Source of the DNA: Armatimonadota bacterium
GTDB lineage: Bacteria; Sysuimicrobiota; Sysuimicrobiia; Sysuimicrobiales; Humicultoraceae
DNA length: 58,590 nt
Assembly (NCBI GenBank): GCA_037443365.1
Contig: JBBIOM010000005.1
Coordinates: forward strand, 5,760-64,349
Reading direction: 5' to 3'
The position numbers were made by a program, and so were the translations under genes. Below the pieces are notes generated by a model that was not told the origin of the DNA, ran no database searches, and was given only the letters and a program-made list of their open reading frames with translations. Numbering within the stretch: the first letter of the stretch is position 1; every line of letters begins with the position of its first letter. Shown here one piece after another: positions 9,676 to 19,525 of this stretch.

Positions 9676-10883
9676 GAGCCCTCCCGATTCGCGCTGTGGG
9701 ACCGGGGTGCGCCGCGGCAGGGAGCACGGTCGCAAGACTGCGTGAGGCCGTGCGCTCGCGCGTTGCAGCCGGGCTGCGCGAAGGGGTCTTTCCGGGCGCG
9801 GTCGTCGCCGTCGTGAGGGGGAGGACCCTGCTGCTGCTCGAGGCGTTCGGCGATGCGCAGGTCGTGCCCCGACGGCGGGCGATGCTGGTGGAAACCGTGT
9901 TCGACCTGGCCAGCCTCACCAAGCCCCTGGCCACGGCGACCGCCGTGCTCCAGCTCTGGGAGCGAGGCGTCGTGGATCTCGACGCCCCGGTGGCGCGGTA
10001 CTTCCCGCGCTTCGCGCAGGGGGGAAAGGCAGGGGCAACGGTGCGGCAGCTGCTGGCGCACACCTCGGGCCTGCCTGCCTGGGAGATGCTCTACCTGCCC
10101 CGCCCAGGCAGGGGAGCCCCGAGCCGGGGGGGCGCCTGCCGTTCAATCCGCGGGGCAGTGGAACGTATCTGCTCCACACGCGCCGTGTCACAGCCGGGGG
10201 CGCGCGTGGAGTATAGCGATCTGGGGTTTGTCGTGCTGGGGCATCTCGTGGAGCGCCTGACCGGGATGCCTCTTAGCGCCTACACACGCGAGCACATCTT
10301 CGCGCCGCTCGGGCTCGGCACGATGCGGTTTGCGCCCCCGCGCTCGTGGGGGATGCGCTGCGCCCCCACCGAGGTCGGGAACGCCTTCGAGCGGGCGAAG
10401 GCGCACGAGCTTGGGCTGGGGCGCGCCTTCACCTGGCGAACGTACCTGCTTCGAGGCGAGGTGCACGACGGCAACGCCTGGCATCTGGGGCGCGGGGTGG
10501 CGGGTCACGCCGGGCTGTTCGCCTCCGCCCGGGACGTCGCACGGCTCGGCGCGGCGATGCTGGGTGGCGGAGAGATCGGTGGCGTGCGCGTCCTGCGCTG
10601 TGCGACGGTTGCCGAGGCCACGAGCGATCAGACGCGTTCGCCGGGTGCGGGGCGCAGGGGATTGGGGTGGAGCCTGCATGGCGCACCGTCGGCCGGCACG
10701 CGTGCCTCGGCGAGGGCATACTGCCACACCGGCTTCACCGGCACCTCCCTGCTCGTGGATCCGGAACGCGACATGATCGTGGTGCTGCTCACGAACCGTG
10801 TGCATCCCGCCGCGGGACGTGAGGAGATCCAGGCCTTCCGGCCGGCGTTCCACGACGCCGTGATCGAGGCCCTCGGGGGGTGA
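9672..10883 (+). CDS. Serine hydrolase, beta-lactamase/AmpC fold (AmiE-like muropeptide amidase candidate)
   Basis: FDLASLTK (SxxK), LLAHTSGL, YSD, VHDGNA, GHAGLF and HTGFTGT; lies in the mur operon. Confidence 0.85.
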   Translation: MRALPIRAVGPGCAAAGSTVARLREAVRSRVAAGLREGVFPGAVVAVVRGRTLLLLEAFGDAQVVPRRRAMLVETVFDLASLTKPLATATAVLQLWERGVVDLDAPVARYFPRFAQGGKAGATVRQLLAHTSGLPAWEMLYLPRPGRGAPSRGGACRSIRGAVERICSTRAVSQPGARVEYSDLGFVVLGHLVERLTGMPLSAYTREHIFAPLGLGTMRFAPPRSWGMRCAPTEVGNAFERAKAHELGLGRAFTWRTYLLRGEVHDGNAWHLGRGVAGHAGLFASARDVARLGAAMLGGGEIGGVRVLRCATVAEATSDQTRSPGAGRRGLGWSLHGAPSAGTRASARAYCHTGFTGTSLLVDPERDMIVVLLTNRVHPAAGREEIQAFRPAFHDAVIEALGG

Positions 10884-11851
10884 CCGAGATGCCTGACACG
10901 ATGCTGGTCGGTGTGGACGGCGGTGCGTCGAAGACCCGCGCGGTGGTGCTGTCCTGGGACGGGTCGGTCTTGGCCGAGGCGGCCCTGCGGTCCTCGAGCG
11001 CCTACCACCGTGAACCCGAGGAGGCGGCGGCCGTGGTGGTCGCCGCGGCGCGTGACGCCCTGGCCAGTGCGGGCGTTCGCGGGCCGGCAGATGTGCTCGG
11101 GACCGGGCTGGCAGGGGCCGACGATCCGGCGATCCGCGAGCGCCTGATCCGGGCACTCGAGGGGTCTGGCATCGCGCATGGCCTGCACGTGGATCACGAC
11201 GCCGCGGCCGCGCTGGCCGGCGGCGCCGCGCTGGCGCCGGGTGTTGTCGTCGTCGCCGGCACCGGGTCCATCGCCTTCGGAACGGATGCGCAGGGCCGTC
11301 GTGCGCGCTCCGGCGGATGGGGACCGCTCCTCGACGACGAGGGCAGCGGCTACTCGATCGGCCGTTCGGTGCTGCGGGCCGCCATGCGCGCGCACGACGG
11401 TCGCGGCGACGCCACAATGCTCGTGGAGGCGGTCAGGGCGCGCTTCGGCATCGCCTCAATGCCGATGCTCAAGGCCGCGGTGCGCGGCGCCGGCATAGAC
11501 GAGATCGCCGACCTGGCCCCGCTCGCGGTGGAGGCCGCTTCCTGCGGAGATGCTGTGGCCGCGCGCATTCTCGAGCGCGCCGGCGGGGGGTTGGCCGCCA
11601 TGGTCGTGGCGGTGGCGCGCGCGCTGGGATGGCAGGGTGAGGGTTTCACCCTGGTTGCCTCGGGAGGGGTGCTCGCGGAAGGCGGGCCGACCACCGGCTT
11701 GATGATGCGCTCGCTCGAGGCGCGCGCCTGCAAGGCAGTACTCACGCCGGCCCGCTTCCCGCCCGAGATCGGAGCCGCGCTGCTTGCGGCCCGCGCGGCG
11801 GGCATGGATGCGGCAGCGCTAATCGAGAACCTCAAGGGGTGGGCGCGATGA
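10880..11851 (+). CDS. BadF/BadG/BcrA/BcrD-family sugar kinase (GlcNAc/MurNAc kinase, MurK-like)
   Basis: GVDGGASKT, VAGTGS and GGWGPLLDDEGSG motifs. Confidence 0.87.
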   Translation: MTEMPDTMLVGVDGGASKTRAVVLSWDGSVLAEAALRSSSAYHREPEEAAAVVVAAARDALASAGVRGPADVLGTGLAGADDPAIRERLIRALEGSGIAHGLHVDHDAAAALAGGAALAPGVVVVAGTGSIAFGTDAQGRRARSGGWGPLLDDEGSGYSIGRSVLRAAMRAHDGRGDATMLVEAVRARFGIASMPMLKAAVRGAGIDEIADLAPLAVEAASCGDAVAARILERAGGGLAAMVVAVARALGWQGEGFTLVASGGVLAEGGPTTGLMMRSLEARACKAVLTPARFPPEIGAALLAARAAGMDAAALIENLKGWAR

Positions 11852-12786
11852 CACCAGCTGATGCAGGGCGGCCGGTGAACTACTACGACCTGGAGACCGA
11901 GCAGCGCAACCCCAGGACGATGGACCTGGACCGCCTCTCCACAGAGGATATCCTGATCGCCATCAACACCGAGGATCACACCGTCCCGCAGGCCGTGGCA
12001 GCACAGATCCCCAACATCGCCCGGGCGGTGGAGGCCATGGTGCGGTCCATACGCTCTGCGGGCCGTATCGTCTACGTCGGGGCGGGCACGAGCGGACGGG
12101 TCGGCTTGCTCGACGCGCTGGAGTGGCCGCCCACCTTCGGGGTTGATCCGGATATCGTTCCGGTCCTCATCGCCGGGGGCTTGCAGGCCACGATCGGCTC
12201 GGCCGCGCCCTGTGAGGACGACGCCGCCGCGGGCGCCGCAGAGATCGCTCGGGTGGGCGTGGGTCCCAACGATACCGTGGTGGCGATCGCCGCGAGCGGC
12301 GTGACGCCGTTCGTGATGGGCGCAGCAGAGGAGGCGCAGCGGCGCGGCTGCACCGTGGTCGGGCTCTGCAACGTTCCCGGCTCTCCCCTGGCGCGGCTGG
12401 CAGACATTCCCGTTGTCCCGGTTACCGGTCCCGAGGTCCTGGCCGGCTCGACGCGCATGAAGGCCGGAACAGCGCAGAAGATGGTGCTGAACATGCTCAG
12501 CACCACGACAATGGTGCGGCTGGGCAAGGCGTACTCGAACCTGATGGTGGACATGTCGCCCAGCAACAACAAGCTGGCCGCCCGCGCGCAGCGCATGGTG
12601 GCGCAGGCGACGGGACTGGCCCCCGATGCCGCCGGGCGGCTGCTGGACCAGGCAGGCGGCAGCGCCAAGGTAGCGATCGTCATGGCGCTGGCCGCGGTGG
12701 AGCGCGAAGAGGCCGAGCGCCTCCTGGATCGCGCAGGCGGGTTTGTCCGGGCGGCGATCGAGGCCGCAACAGGCGCGGAGGGCTGA
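11848..12786 (+). CDS. murQ: N-acetylmuramic acid 6-phosphate etherase
   Basis: TEQRNP, YVGAGTSGR, E.PPTFG, TGPEVLAGSTRMKAGTAQKMVLNMLST and NLMVD motifs. Confidence 0.95.
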   Translation: MTPADAGRPVNYYDLETEQRNPRTMDLDRLSTEDILIAINTEDHTVPQAVAAQIPNIARAVEAMVRSIRSAGRIVYVGAGTSGRVGLLDALEWPPTFGVDPDIVPVLIAGGLQATIGSAAPCEDDAAAGAAEIARVGVGPNDTVVAIAASGVTPFVMGAAEEAQRRGCTVVGLCNVPGSPLARLADIPVVPVTGPEVLAGSTRMKAGTAQKMVLNMLSTTTMVRLGKAYSNLMVDMSPSNNKLAARAQRMVAQATGLAPDAAGRLLDQAGGSAKVAIVMALAAVEREEAERLLDRAGGFVRAAIEAATGAEG

Positions 12787-12799
12787 GAGGGGGCAGGCG

Positions 12800-13996
12800 A
12801 TGCGGGAAGCGGCTGACTTGGCACGCAAGGATCCGAAGCGCGTCGTGGGCCTGATATCGGGCACCTCTGCCGACGGGATTGACGCCGCCCTCGTCGAGGT
12901 ATCCGGCGCAGGGCTGGAGTCGCGGGTGCGGCTGATCGCCGGCCTGACCGCGCCTCTTGCGGCCGCGCACCGCGATGAGCTGTTCTCCATGTTCGACCCC
13001 AAGACGGCCACCGTGGATCGCCTGTGCCGCTTCAACTTCCACCTGGGCGCCCTCTTCGCGGACGCGGCGCTGGCCGTGATAGCGCAGGCCGGGCTGCGCC
13101 CGGGAGACGTGGACCTCATCGGCTCGCACGGTCAGACGCTGTGGCATATCCCTGGGCCGGACGGCGCCACGCTGCAGGCCGGGGAGGCGGCGGTGATCGC
13201 GGAGCGCACGCGCATTCCGGTGGTTGCCGACTTCCGCGTGGGCGATATGGCCGCCGGCGGGCAGGGCGCGCCGCTGGTGCCGTACTTCGACCTGGTTGCG
13301 TTCCGCCACGCGGAACGCACGCGCGCGGTGCAGAACATCGGAGGGATCGGCAACGTTACCTACCTGCCGGCCGGATGCGTCCCCGACGATGTCTTGGCGT
13401 TCGACACCGGACCCGGCAACATGCTGATAGACGGCGTCGTGCAGCTACTGACCGGCGGGGCCGTGGTCTACGATCACGGCGGCGCGATGGCTTCAAGCGG
13501 GCGCGTGGATGAGGACTGGCTGTCCGCGTTGATGGCCGACCCGTTCCTGCATTCCTCCCCGCCCAAGACGACCGGGCGCGAGGTCTACGGCCGGCCGTTC
13601 GCCGCGGCCCTTGTTGAGCAGGCGCGCCGCCGCGACCTGGGCCTCGAGGACACGGTGGCCACGGTCTCGGCTCTGACCGCGGATTCGATCGTGGGCGCCT
13701 ACCGTGACTTCCTGATTCCCCGGGCCGGTTTGGACGAGGTCATCCTGGGAGGCGGCGGGTCCTACAACGACTTCCTGCGCCGACGGATCGCATCGGGGCT
13801 GGGACTCCCGGTCTACCGCTGCGAGGAGTTCGGGGTGGACGGCAAGCTGAAGGAGGCCATGGCGTTTGCGCTCCTGGCGTCCGAGGCGGTGGCCGGGAAT
13901 GCCACGAACGTGCCGGCCGCGACAGGGGCCTCCGGGCCGCGCGTGCTCGGCAAGTACACGCCGGCGCCTCCCCCGCCTGCTCCGCGCACGGACTAG
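12800..13996 (+). CDS. anmK: Anhydro-N-acetylmuramic acid kinase
   Basis: GLISGTSADGID, IGSHGQT, DFR..D.AAGGQGAPLVP, NIGGIGN, FDTGPGN, KTTGRE and KEAMAFA motifs. Confidence 0.95.
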   Translation: MREAADLARKDPKRVVGLISGTSADGIDAALVEVSGAGLESRVRLIAGLTAPLAAAHRDELFSMFDPKTATVDRLCRFNFHLGALFADAALAVIAQAGLRPGDVDLIGSHGQTLWHIPGPDGATLQAGEAAVIAERTRIPVVADFRVGDMAAGGQGAPLVPYFDLVAFRHAERTRAVQNIGGIGNVTYLPAGCVPDDVLAFDTGPGNMLIDGVVQLLTGGAVVYDHGGAMASSGRVDEDWLSALMADPFLHSSPPKTTGREVYGRPFAAALVEQARRRDLGLEDTVATVSALTADSIVGAYRDFLIPRAGLDEVILGGGGSYNDFLRRRIASGLGLPVYRCEEFGVDGKLKEAMAFALLASEAVAGNATNVPAATGASGPRVLGKYTPAPPPPAPRTD

Positions 13997-14004
13997 GCGT
14001 TGGA

Positions 14005-14013
14005 TGATATAGT
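14005..14013 (+). promoter_or_regulatory. Extended -10 element, probable leaderless argS promoter
   Basis: TGaTATAGT ends 6 nt before ATG 14020; no Shine-Dalgarno sequence. Confidence 0.55.
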
Positions 14014-14019
14014 AAGACG

Positions 14020-15681
14020 ATGTTTCGCGAGATCCTCAGAATAGACATACGGGATGCCATCATGCGCGCCATGCAATCCGGCGCGATTCCCCTGGGCGAG
14101 GTGCCGCCGTTTGAGGTGGAGATCCCGCGGGACCGCCGGCACGGCGACTACGCGACCAACGCCGCCCTGCTGCTGGCGAAGCAGGCCGGAGGCAACCCGC
14201 GCCAGATATCACAGCGTCTGATCGAATCCTACGCGCCGCCGGCGGACCGCATCGAGCGCCTCGAGGTGGCCGGCCCCGGGTTCGTCAACATGACGATCGC
14301 CTGGCCGTGGAGGCGCGACCTGGTGGCCGCGATCTGCCGCCTTGGGGACAGTTACGGCCAGCAGACTATCGGCGCCGGGCGACGCGTGAACGTCGAGTTC
14401 GTCAGCGCGAATCCCACGGGTCCGCTGCACGTCGGGGCAGGGCGCAACGCGGTGATAGGCGACGTGCTGGGCAACCTGCTGGAGGCGCTCGGGTTCTCGG
14501 TGTCGCGCGAGTACTATATGAACGATGCCGGGGCGAAGGTGCACAACCTGGCGCGATCCATTGAGGCCCACTACCTGAGCATGCTTGGACAGCCCACGCC
14601 TATCCCGGAGGGAGGCTACCCGGGCCAGTACGTCAGGGACCTGGCGGACCGCCTGGTCGCGGAGGAAGGCGACCGGTGGCTCGGGGCGTCCGAGGACGAG
14701 CGCCTCGATCACTTCCGCGACTTCGGCGTCAGCGCGGTCGTCGCGGACATCAGGGAGGTCCTCGAGCAGTTCGGCGTGAGGTTCGATACCTGGTTCAGCG
14801 AGCGCGGGCTGATCCGATCGGGCGCCGTGGACAGGGCGCTCGCCGAGTTGCGCGCCCGCGACCTCATCTACGAGTCCGATGGCAAGACGTGGTTCCGCTC
14901 CACCTGCTTCGGAGACGACAAGGATAGGGTGATCGTCAAGCCCACGGGCGAGTGGACCTACTTCGGCAGCGACATCGCGTATCATCTGGACAAGCGCTCG
15001 CGCGGCTTCGACCTGATGATAAACGTGTGGGCCATAGACCACATCGGCGACGTGGCCCGCGTCAAGGGCGGCCTGACCGCCCTGGGAGTCCCGGACGAGG
15101 CCCTGGAGATACTCATATACCAGCACGTGCGACTGAAGAACGCGGGCGAGTCCCTGCGCATGTCCAAGAGCAGCGGCGAGTTCGTGACCCTACGCGAACT
15201 GATGGACTCCGTGGGGGGCGACGCCGCGAGGTACTTCTTCGCGATGATCTCACCGGCGGTCCCGATGGACTTCGACGTTGGGCTTGCGCTCCAGCGCTCG
15301 CAGGACAACCCCGTGTACTACGTGCAGTACGCCCACGCCCGCATCGCCGGCATACTGCGCGAGGCAGGCCAGAGGCGGGTGCGCGGAAGCGCGGATTCAT
15401 CGCTCGGCCGCCTGGCCGATGAGCGCGAGGCCGCGCTCATCCACGCCCTGGGCGAGTTCCCCGAGGTCATACGGCTGGCCGGAGTACGGCGCGAGCCCCA
15501 CCGCCTGTGCGCCTACGCCCGTGAGGTGGCCGAGGCGTTTCACCTTTTCTACACGCATTGCCGCGTCCTGACAGACGATCCGGAACTCACAGGTGACCGG
15601 ATGGCGCTCGTCGAGGCGGTGCGGGTGGTTCTGCGGCGCACCCTGGGGCTGCTCGGGGTCAGTGCTCCCGATAGCATGTGA
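14020..15681 (+). CDS. argS: Arginine--tRNA ligase
   Basis: HGDYATN, AGPGFVN, EFVSANPTGPLHVG, DDKDRV, MSK and NPVYYVQYAHAR motifs. Confidence 0.96.
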   Translation: MFREILRIDIRDAIMRAMQSGAIPLGEVPPFEVEIPRDRRHGDYATNAALLLAKQAGGNPRQISQRLIESYAPPADRIERLEVAGPGFVNMTIAWPWRRDLVAAICRLGDSYGQQTIGAGRRVNVEFVSANPTGPLHVGAGRNAVIGDVLGNLLEALGFSVSREYYMNDAGAKVHNLARSIEAHYLSMLGQPTPIPEGGYPGQYVRDLADRLVAEEGDRWLGASEDERLDHFRDFGVSAVVADIREVLEQFGVRFDTWFSERGLIRSGAVDRALAELRARDLIYESDGKTWFRSTCFGDDKDRVIVKPTGEWTYFGSDIAYHLDKRSRGFDLMINVWAIDHIGDVARVKGGLTALGVPDEALEILIYQHVRLKNAGESLRMSKSSGEFVTLRELMDSVGGDAARYFFAMISPAVPMDFDVGLALQRSQDNPVYYVQYAHARIAGILREAGQRRVRGSADSSLGRLADEREAALIHALGEFPEVIRLAGVRREPHRLCAYAREVAEAFHLFYTHCRVLTDDPELTGDRMALVEAVRVVLRRTLGLLGVSAPDSM

Positions 15682-15916
15682 ACAGGGGTTCGCGGGATCG
15701 GGCGGCTATTGCAATGGCATCGGCCTGTGTGATACCAATAGTCTATGGTATCTACCGGCGGCAGGCGCAACGTCGCAGCCCGCCGCTAACAATCTCCGGT
15801 CCGGCCCAAACGAAACTTCCGGGGTAGTGTCCCAGACGATGTCCGAACTACCAGTCACGCGGTGAGCAGTTCCGGCAGACCTGCACGCCATCGGTGACCC
15901 CGAGGGAGGCGCACTT

Positions 15917-17416
15917 GTGATGATGACTCGAGCACGCTTGGCCGCGGTGTTCGTCATGATTGCCCTGGCCGCGGGTCCGGCCACAGCCCAGATCTTCACG
16001 GACATGAGCACGCACCCCGCGCGGCGCGCCGCCGAGCGGTTGGCCGCGAAGGGGCTCGCGATCCGCCTGCCCGACGGACGCCTGGCTCCTGACGAGCCGC
16101 TGACCCGGCTCGACGTGGCGCTCTTCCTGGCCCGCGCGCTGGGCATCCCCACGGGCGGAGTGCGCGCGCCCGACTTCCGCGACGTGGACCAGATTCCCCC
16201 GGCCGACCGCACGGCCGTGGCCGCCGCGTCAATCATGGGCACGGTCTCGGCGGCGAAGGCCGAGGTGACGAAGGGAACGGTTCGCTACACCCTGGCTGCG
16301 AACAAGACCGTCTACGGTCCCGACGAGGAGATAGAGATCACCTTCACGATCGCTAACCACGGCCCGGGACGCGAAACGGAGTTCCTTTCCCCGGATCGCG
16401 GCCGGACGCGCGTCAAGATGAGCGACCGCGACGGGCTGAAGGCGGGGATCGAGGGCGAGCTGTATACCGAGACCCGCACCGCGCAGGCCGTCACGCGCGA
16501 GAAGGTGGCAAGGTTCCGGGTACTGGAGGCGCGCTCGGACGGGTCGATCCTGGAACTCTACGAAGAAGGCGCCGTCCAGATCAAGCCGGGGCTCAAGGTG
16601 TTCTTGCTGCAGGATACCTTCTTCGAGTACTCGACGTCGCAGTTTCACGACTTCGTGATCCGCGATGCAGAGGGCAACGAGGTGGCGCGCTGGTCACTGA
16701 ACCGGCCGTTCGTCCAGGTGGAGCGCCCGGTCGCCCTGGTCGCCAACCAGTCGATGAAGTTCTCAACCCGGTGGAAGCAGCTCGACCAGAACTCGCAACC
16801 GGTGAAGCCCGGTCGCTACGAGATGGTCGCGGTGCACACCACCAAGGAGAACCCCACGGCTCTTACGATCGCGTACCAGCGCGGGCTGATCGCGGCCTAC
16901 CCCGACAACACGTTCAGGCCCCGGTTGCCTGTCTCGAGGTCCGATCTCGCGGTCTTCATGGTGCGCGCGATGGGCCTTGAGATCGAGGCCTTCCGCCGCG
17001 CCAACGAAGCGCTGGTGGTGGCCGACGCGCGCGATATCCCCGCCGAGGCCCGGGGGAGCGTCGTGGTGGCCATTGACCGCAAGATCGTGCTCCCCCTGGC
17101 CGACAACACCTTCCGGCCGGCGCGGACCGCCAACCGAGGCGAGGCGATCTTCGCGCTGAACGCCCTGATGGAGACGATGGGCAGGTATGACTTCGTGACG
17201 GCCACACTGCGCGAGATCCGCGGCGGCCCGCCCCCGGTCGTTGTCGTCGAGGACGCCAACCGCCAGGTGCGGTCGCACCGGGTGGCGGTTGTGAGCGCCA
17301 TCTACCGCAACGACCAACCGGTGATGCTGATGCATCTGCGGCCGGGTGACCAGCTCCGAATGCTGCGCCCCACCGAAGCCGCTGAGATCATGTACATCGA
17401 GGCTACCGGGAGGTAG
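15917..17416 (+). CDS. Secreted S-layer-homology (3x SLH) protein with inserted BsuPI-like domain
   Basis: Signal peptide; SLH motifs (FTDM..HPA, PDEPLTR, YPDNTFRP..VSRSD, DNTFRP..ANRGE); BsuPI-like F.YSTSQ..DFVIRD..G.EV..WS..F.Q; GGAGG RBS. Confidence 0.78.
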   Translation: MMMTRARLAAVFVMIALAAGPATAQIFTDMSTHPARRAAERLAAKGLAIRLPDGRLAPDEPLTRLDVALFLARALGIPTGGVRAPDFRDVDQIPPADRTAVAAASIMGTVSAAKAEVTKGTVRYTLAANKTVYGPDEEIEITFTIANHGPGRETEFLSPDRGRTRVKMSDRDGLKAGIEGELYTETRTAQAVTREKVARFRVLEARSDGSILELYEEGAVQIKPGLKVFLLQDTFFEYSTSQFHDFVIRDAEGNEVARWSLNRPFVQVERPVALVANQSMKFSTRWKQLDQNSQPVKPGRYEMVAVHTTKENPTALTIAYQRGLIAAYPDNTFRPRLPVSRSDLAVFMVRAMGLEIEAFRRANEALVVADARDIPAEARGSVVVAIDRKIVLPLADNTFRPARTANRGEAIFALNALMETMGRYDFVTATLREIRGGPPPVVVVEDANRQVRSHRVAVVSAIYRNDQPVMLMHLRPGDQLRMLRPTEAAEIMYIEATGR

Positions 17417-17421
17417 CGTGG

Positions 17422-18096
17422 ATGGAGTTCTTCATCGACACGGCCAGCATCGAGGAGATCCGCGCGGCGCAATCGTGGGGCATCCTGGACGGCGTCACGA
17501 CGAATCCCACCCACGTCGCCAAGGAAGGCCGTGAGCACAAGGACCTGATCCAGGAGATCTGCTCCATCTGCCCGGGTCCGGTGAGCGTGGAGCCGACGGT
17601 GCCGGATGCCCAGGGGATGATCCGGGAGGGCAGGGAGTTCGCCACCTGGGCCCCCAACGTGGTCGTGAAGGTTCCTGTCACTCCCGAGGGCATCCGTGCG
17701 CTGCGGGTGCTGCGCGCGGATGGCATCCGCTGCAACGTGACGCTGGTGTTCTCGCTGGCACAGGCGCTGATAGCCGCAAAGGCCGGCGGGACCTACGTGA
17801 GCCCGTTCGTCGGGCGCCTGGACGACGCGGGCACCGACGGCATGGCGCTGGTGCGCGACATCTGCGAGGCGTACCGGCACTACGGGTTCTCCACGAAGGT
17901 GCTGGCCGCCAGTCTCCGCCACCCGGTCCACGTCATCCAGTCCGCGCTCCTGGGCTGCCACGTGGCCACCATGCCGTTCAGGGTCATGGAGCAGCTCTTC
18001 AACCACCCGATGACCGACATCGGGCTCGAGAAGTTCCTGGCGGACGCCCGCCGTCTCCAGGCCGAGCTCGAGAGCCGGCGCGCCGCGCGCGGTTGA
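17422..18096 (+). CDS. tal: Transaldolase (short, FSA/Tal family)
   Basis: FIDTA, GVTTNP, VVKVP; Glu in SVE and Phe in SPFVGR indicate transaldolase rather than FSA. Confidence 0.9.
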   Translation: MEFFIDTASIEEIRAAQSWGILDGVTTNPTHVAKEGREHKDLIQEICSICPGPVSVEPTVPDAQGMIREGREFATWAPNVVVKVPVTPEGIRALRVLRADGIRCNVTLVFSLAQALIAAKAGGTYVSPFVGRLDDAGTDGMALVRDICEAYRHYGFSTKVLAASLRHPVHVIQSALLGCHVATMPFRVMEQLFNHPMTDIGLEKFLADARRLQAELESRRAARG

Positions 18097-18138
18097 GCCC
18101 CGCCGAGGCGGCAACAGAACACAAGAGGTGATCCAGTC

Positions 18139-19401
18139 GTGCCCATAGCCGAGCTCGAAGCCAAGACGCTCGCGGACCTCCAGGAGATGGCCCGCGAGCT
18201 CAACATCGCCAACTACCGGCGCTACCGCAAGCAGGAACTGATCATGCGGGTGCTTCAGAAGCAGACCGAGGACGCCGGGCTGCTGATCCGGGCCGGGATA
18301 CTGGAGATCATGCCCGAGGGCTACGGCTTCCTGCGCACGAGCGGCTACCTGCCCGGGAGCGAGGACATCTACGTATCGCCCTCGCAGATCAAGCGCTTCG
18401 GGCTGCGCGTTGGCGACGAGGTCCTGGGCCAGGTCCGGCCTCCCAAGGACAACGAGAAGTACTTCGCGCTCCTGCGCGTTGAGGCGGTCAACGGCCTCGA
18501 CCCCGAACAGGCCCGCTCGCGCCCATCGTTCGAGCACCTGACGCCCGTGTTCCCATTTGAGCGCGTGCGCCTGGAGCTGCCCGAGTCCGACCTGACAATG
18601 CGGGTGGTGGACCTGTTCTCGCCGATCGGCAAGGGGCAGCGAGGCATGATCGTATCGCCGCCCAAGGCCGGGAAGACCACCCTGCTCAAGAAGATCGGGC
18701 AGTCCATCGTGGCGAACCACAGCGAGATCTACCTCATGGTGCTGCTGCTCGACGAGCGCCCCGAAGAGGTCACCGACATGCGCCGCTCCGTGGAGGCCGA
18801 GGTCGTGGCCAGCACCTTCGACCGTGCGCCCGAGGAGCACATCCAGGTGGCGGACCTGGTCCTGGAGCGCGCGAAGCGAATAGTGGAGGGGGGCCGCGAC
18901 GTCGTGATCCTGCTCGACAGCCTGACCCGGTTCTCGCGCGCGAACAACCTGGTCATCCCGCCGTCGGGACGCACGCTGTCGGGCGGGCTCGATCCCGCAG
19001 CCCTGCACCGGCCCAAGCGGTTCTTCGGCGCCGCCCGCAAGATCGAGGAGGGCGGCAGCCTGACGATAATCGCCACCGCCCTGGTGGACACCGGCAGCCG
19101 CATGGACGACGTGATCTACGAGGAGTTCAAGGGCACCGGCAACATGGAGCTGCACCTCAACCGGAAGCTGCAGGAGCGGCGCACGTTCCCCGCGATAGAC
19201 ATCAAGATATCGGGGACGCGGCGCGAGGAACTGCTTCTCTCCGACGAGGAGCTGCGCAAGGTCTGGGTGCTGCGCAAGAGCCTCGAGCAGCTCGATACCG
19301 TCGCGGTGACCGAGCTCATCCTCGACCGGCTGCGCAAGACCGCGAACAACGCCGGGTTCCTGCGGTCCATCGTCAAGAGCTCGGAGGACAACGGCCCGTA
19401 G
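18139..19401 (+). CDS. rho: Transcription termination factor Rho
   Basis: [39 protein letters not shown] and EEFKGTGN motifs. Confidence 0.98.
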   Translation: MPIAELEAKTLADLQEMARELNIANYRRYRKQELIMRVLQKQTEDAGLLIRAGILEIMPEGYGFLRTSGYLPGSEDIYVSPSQIKRFGLRVGDEVLGQVRPPKDNEKYFALLRVEAVNGLDPEQARSRPSFEHLTPVFPFERVRLELPESDLTMRVVDLFSPIGKGQRGMIVSPPKAGKTTLLKKIGQSIVANHSEIYLMVLLLDERPEEVTDMRRSVEAEVVASTFDRAPEEHIQVADLVLERAKRIVEGGRDVVILLDSLTRFSRANNLVIPPSGRTLSGGLDPAALHRPKRFFGAARKIEEGGSLTIIATALVDTGSRMDDVIYEEFKGTGNMELHLNRKLQERRTFPAIDIKISGTRREELLLSDEELRKVWVLRKSLEQLDTVAVTELILDRLRKTANNAGFLRSIVKSSEDNGP

Positions 19402-19525
19402 CAGGAACCGTGCTCCCGGCGTCGAAGAATCTGTGTTGTCCAGACCTGCACGCAGCGAGGTTCGCGATCGCAGCACGCGCCGGTGCAGGCACCTGCGCGT
19501 GACTGGCAAGGCCGAGGAGGGAACG

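Noticed and set aside
9672-10883. Beta-lactam resistance gene
   Set aside because: No signal peptide, and the murQ/anmK context points to muropeptide hydrolysis
14428-14442. ArgS HIGH motif reads HVGA
   Set aside because: The rest of the enzyme is intact and HIGH-motif variants occur naturally; no evidence of altered function
7823-15774. Shared 11-mer GGCGCAACGTC in two intergenic hairpin loops (7823 and 15764)
   Set aside because: An 11-mer match among the roughly 2 kb of GC-rich intergenic DNA is expected by chance
15775-15800. c-di-AMP (ydaO) or c-di-GMP riboswitch before the SLH gene (CCCGCCGCTAAC)
   Set aside because: Only a fragment resembles the 3' consensus; the 5' conserved elements are missing
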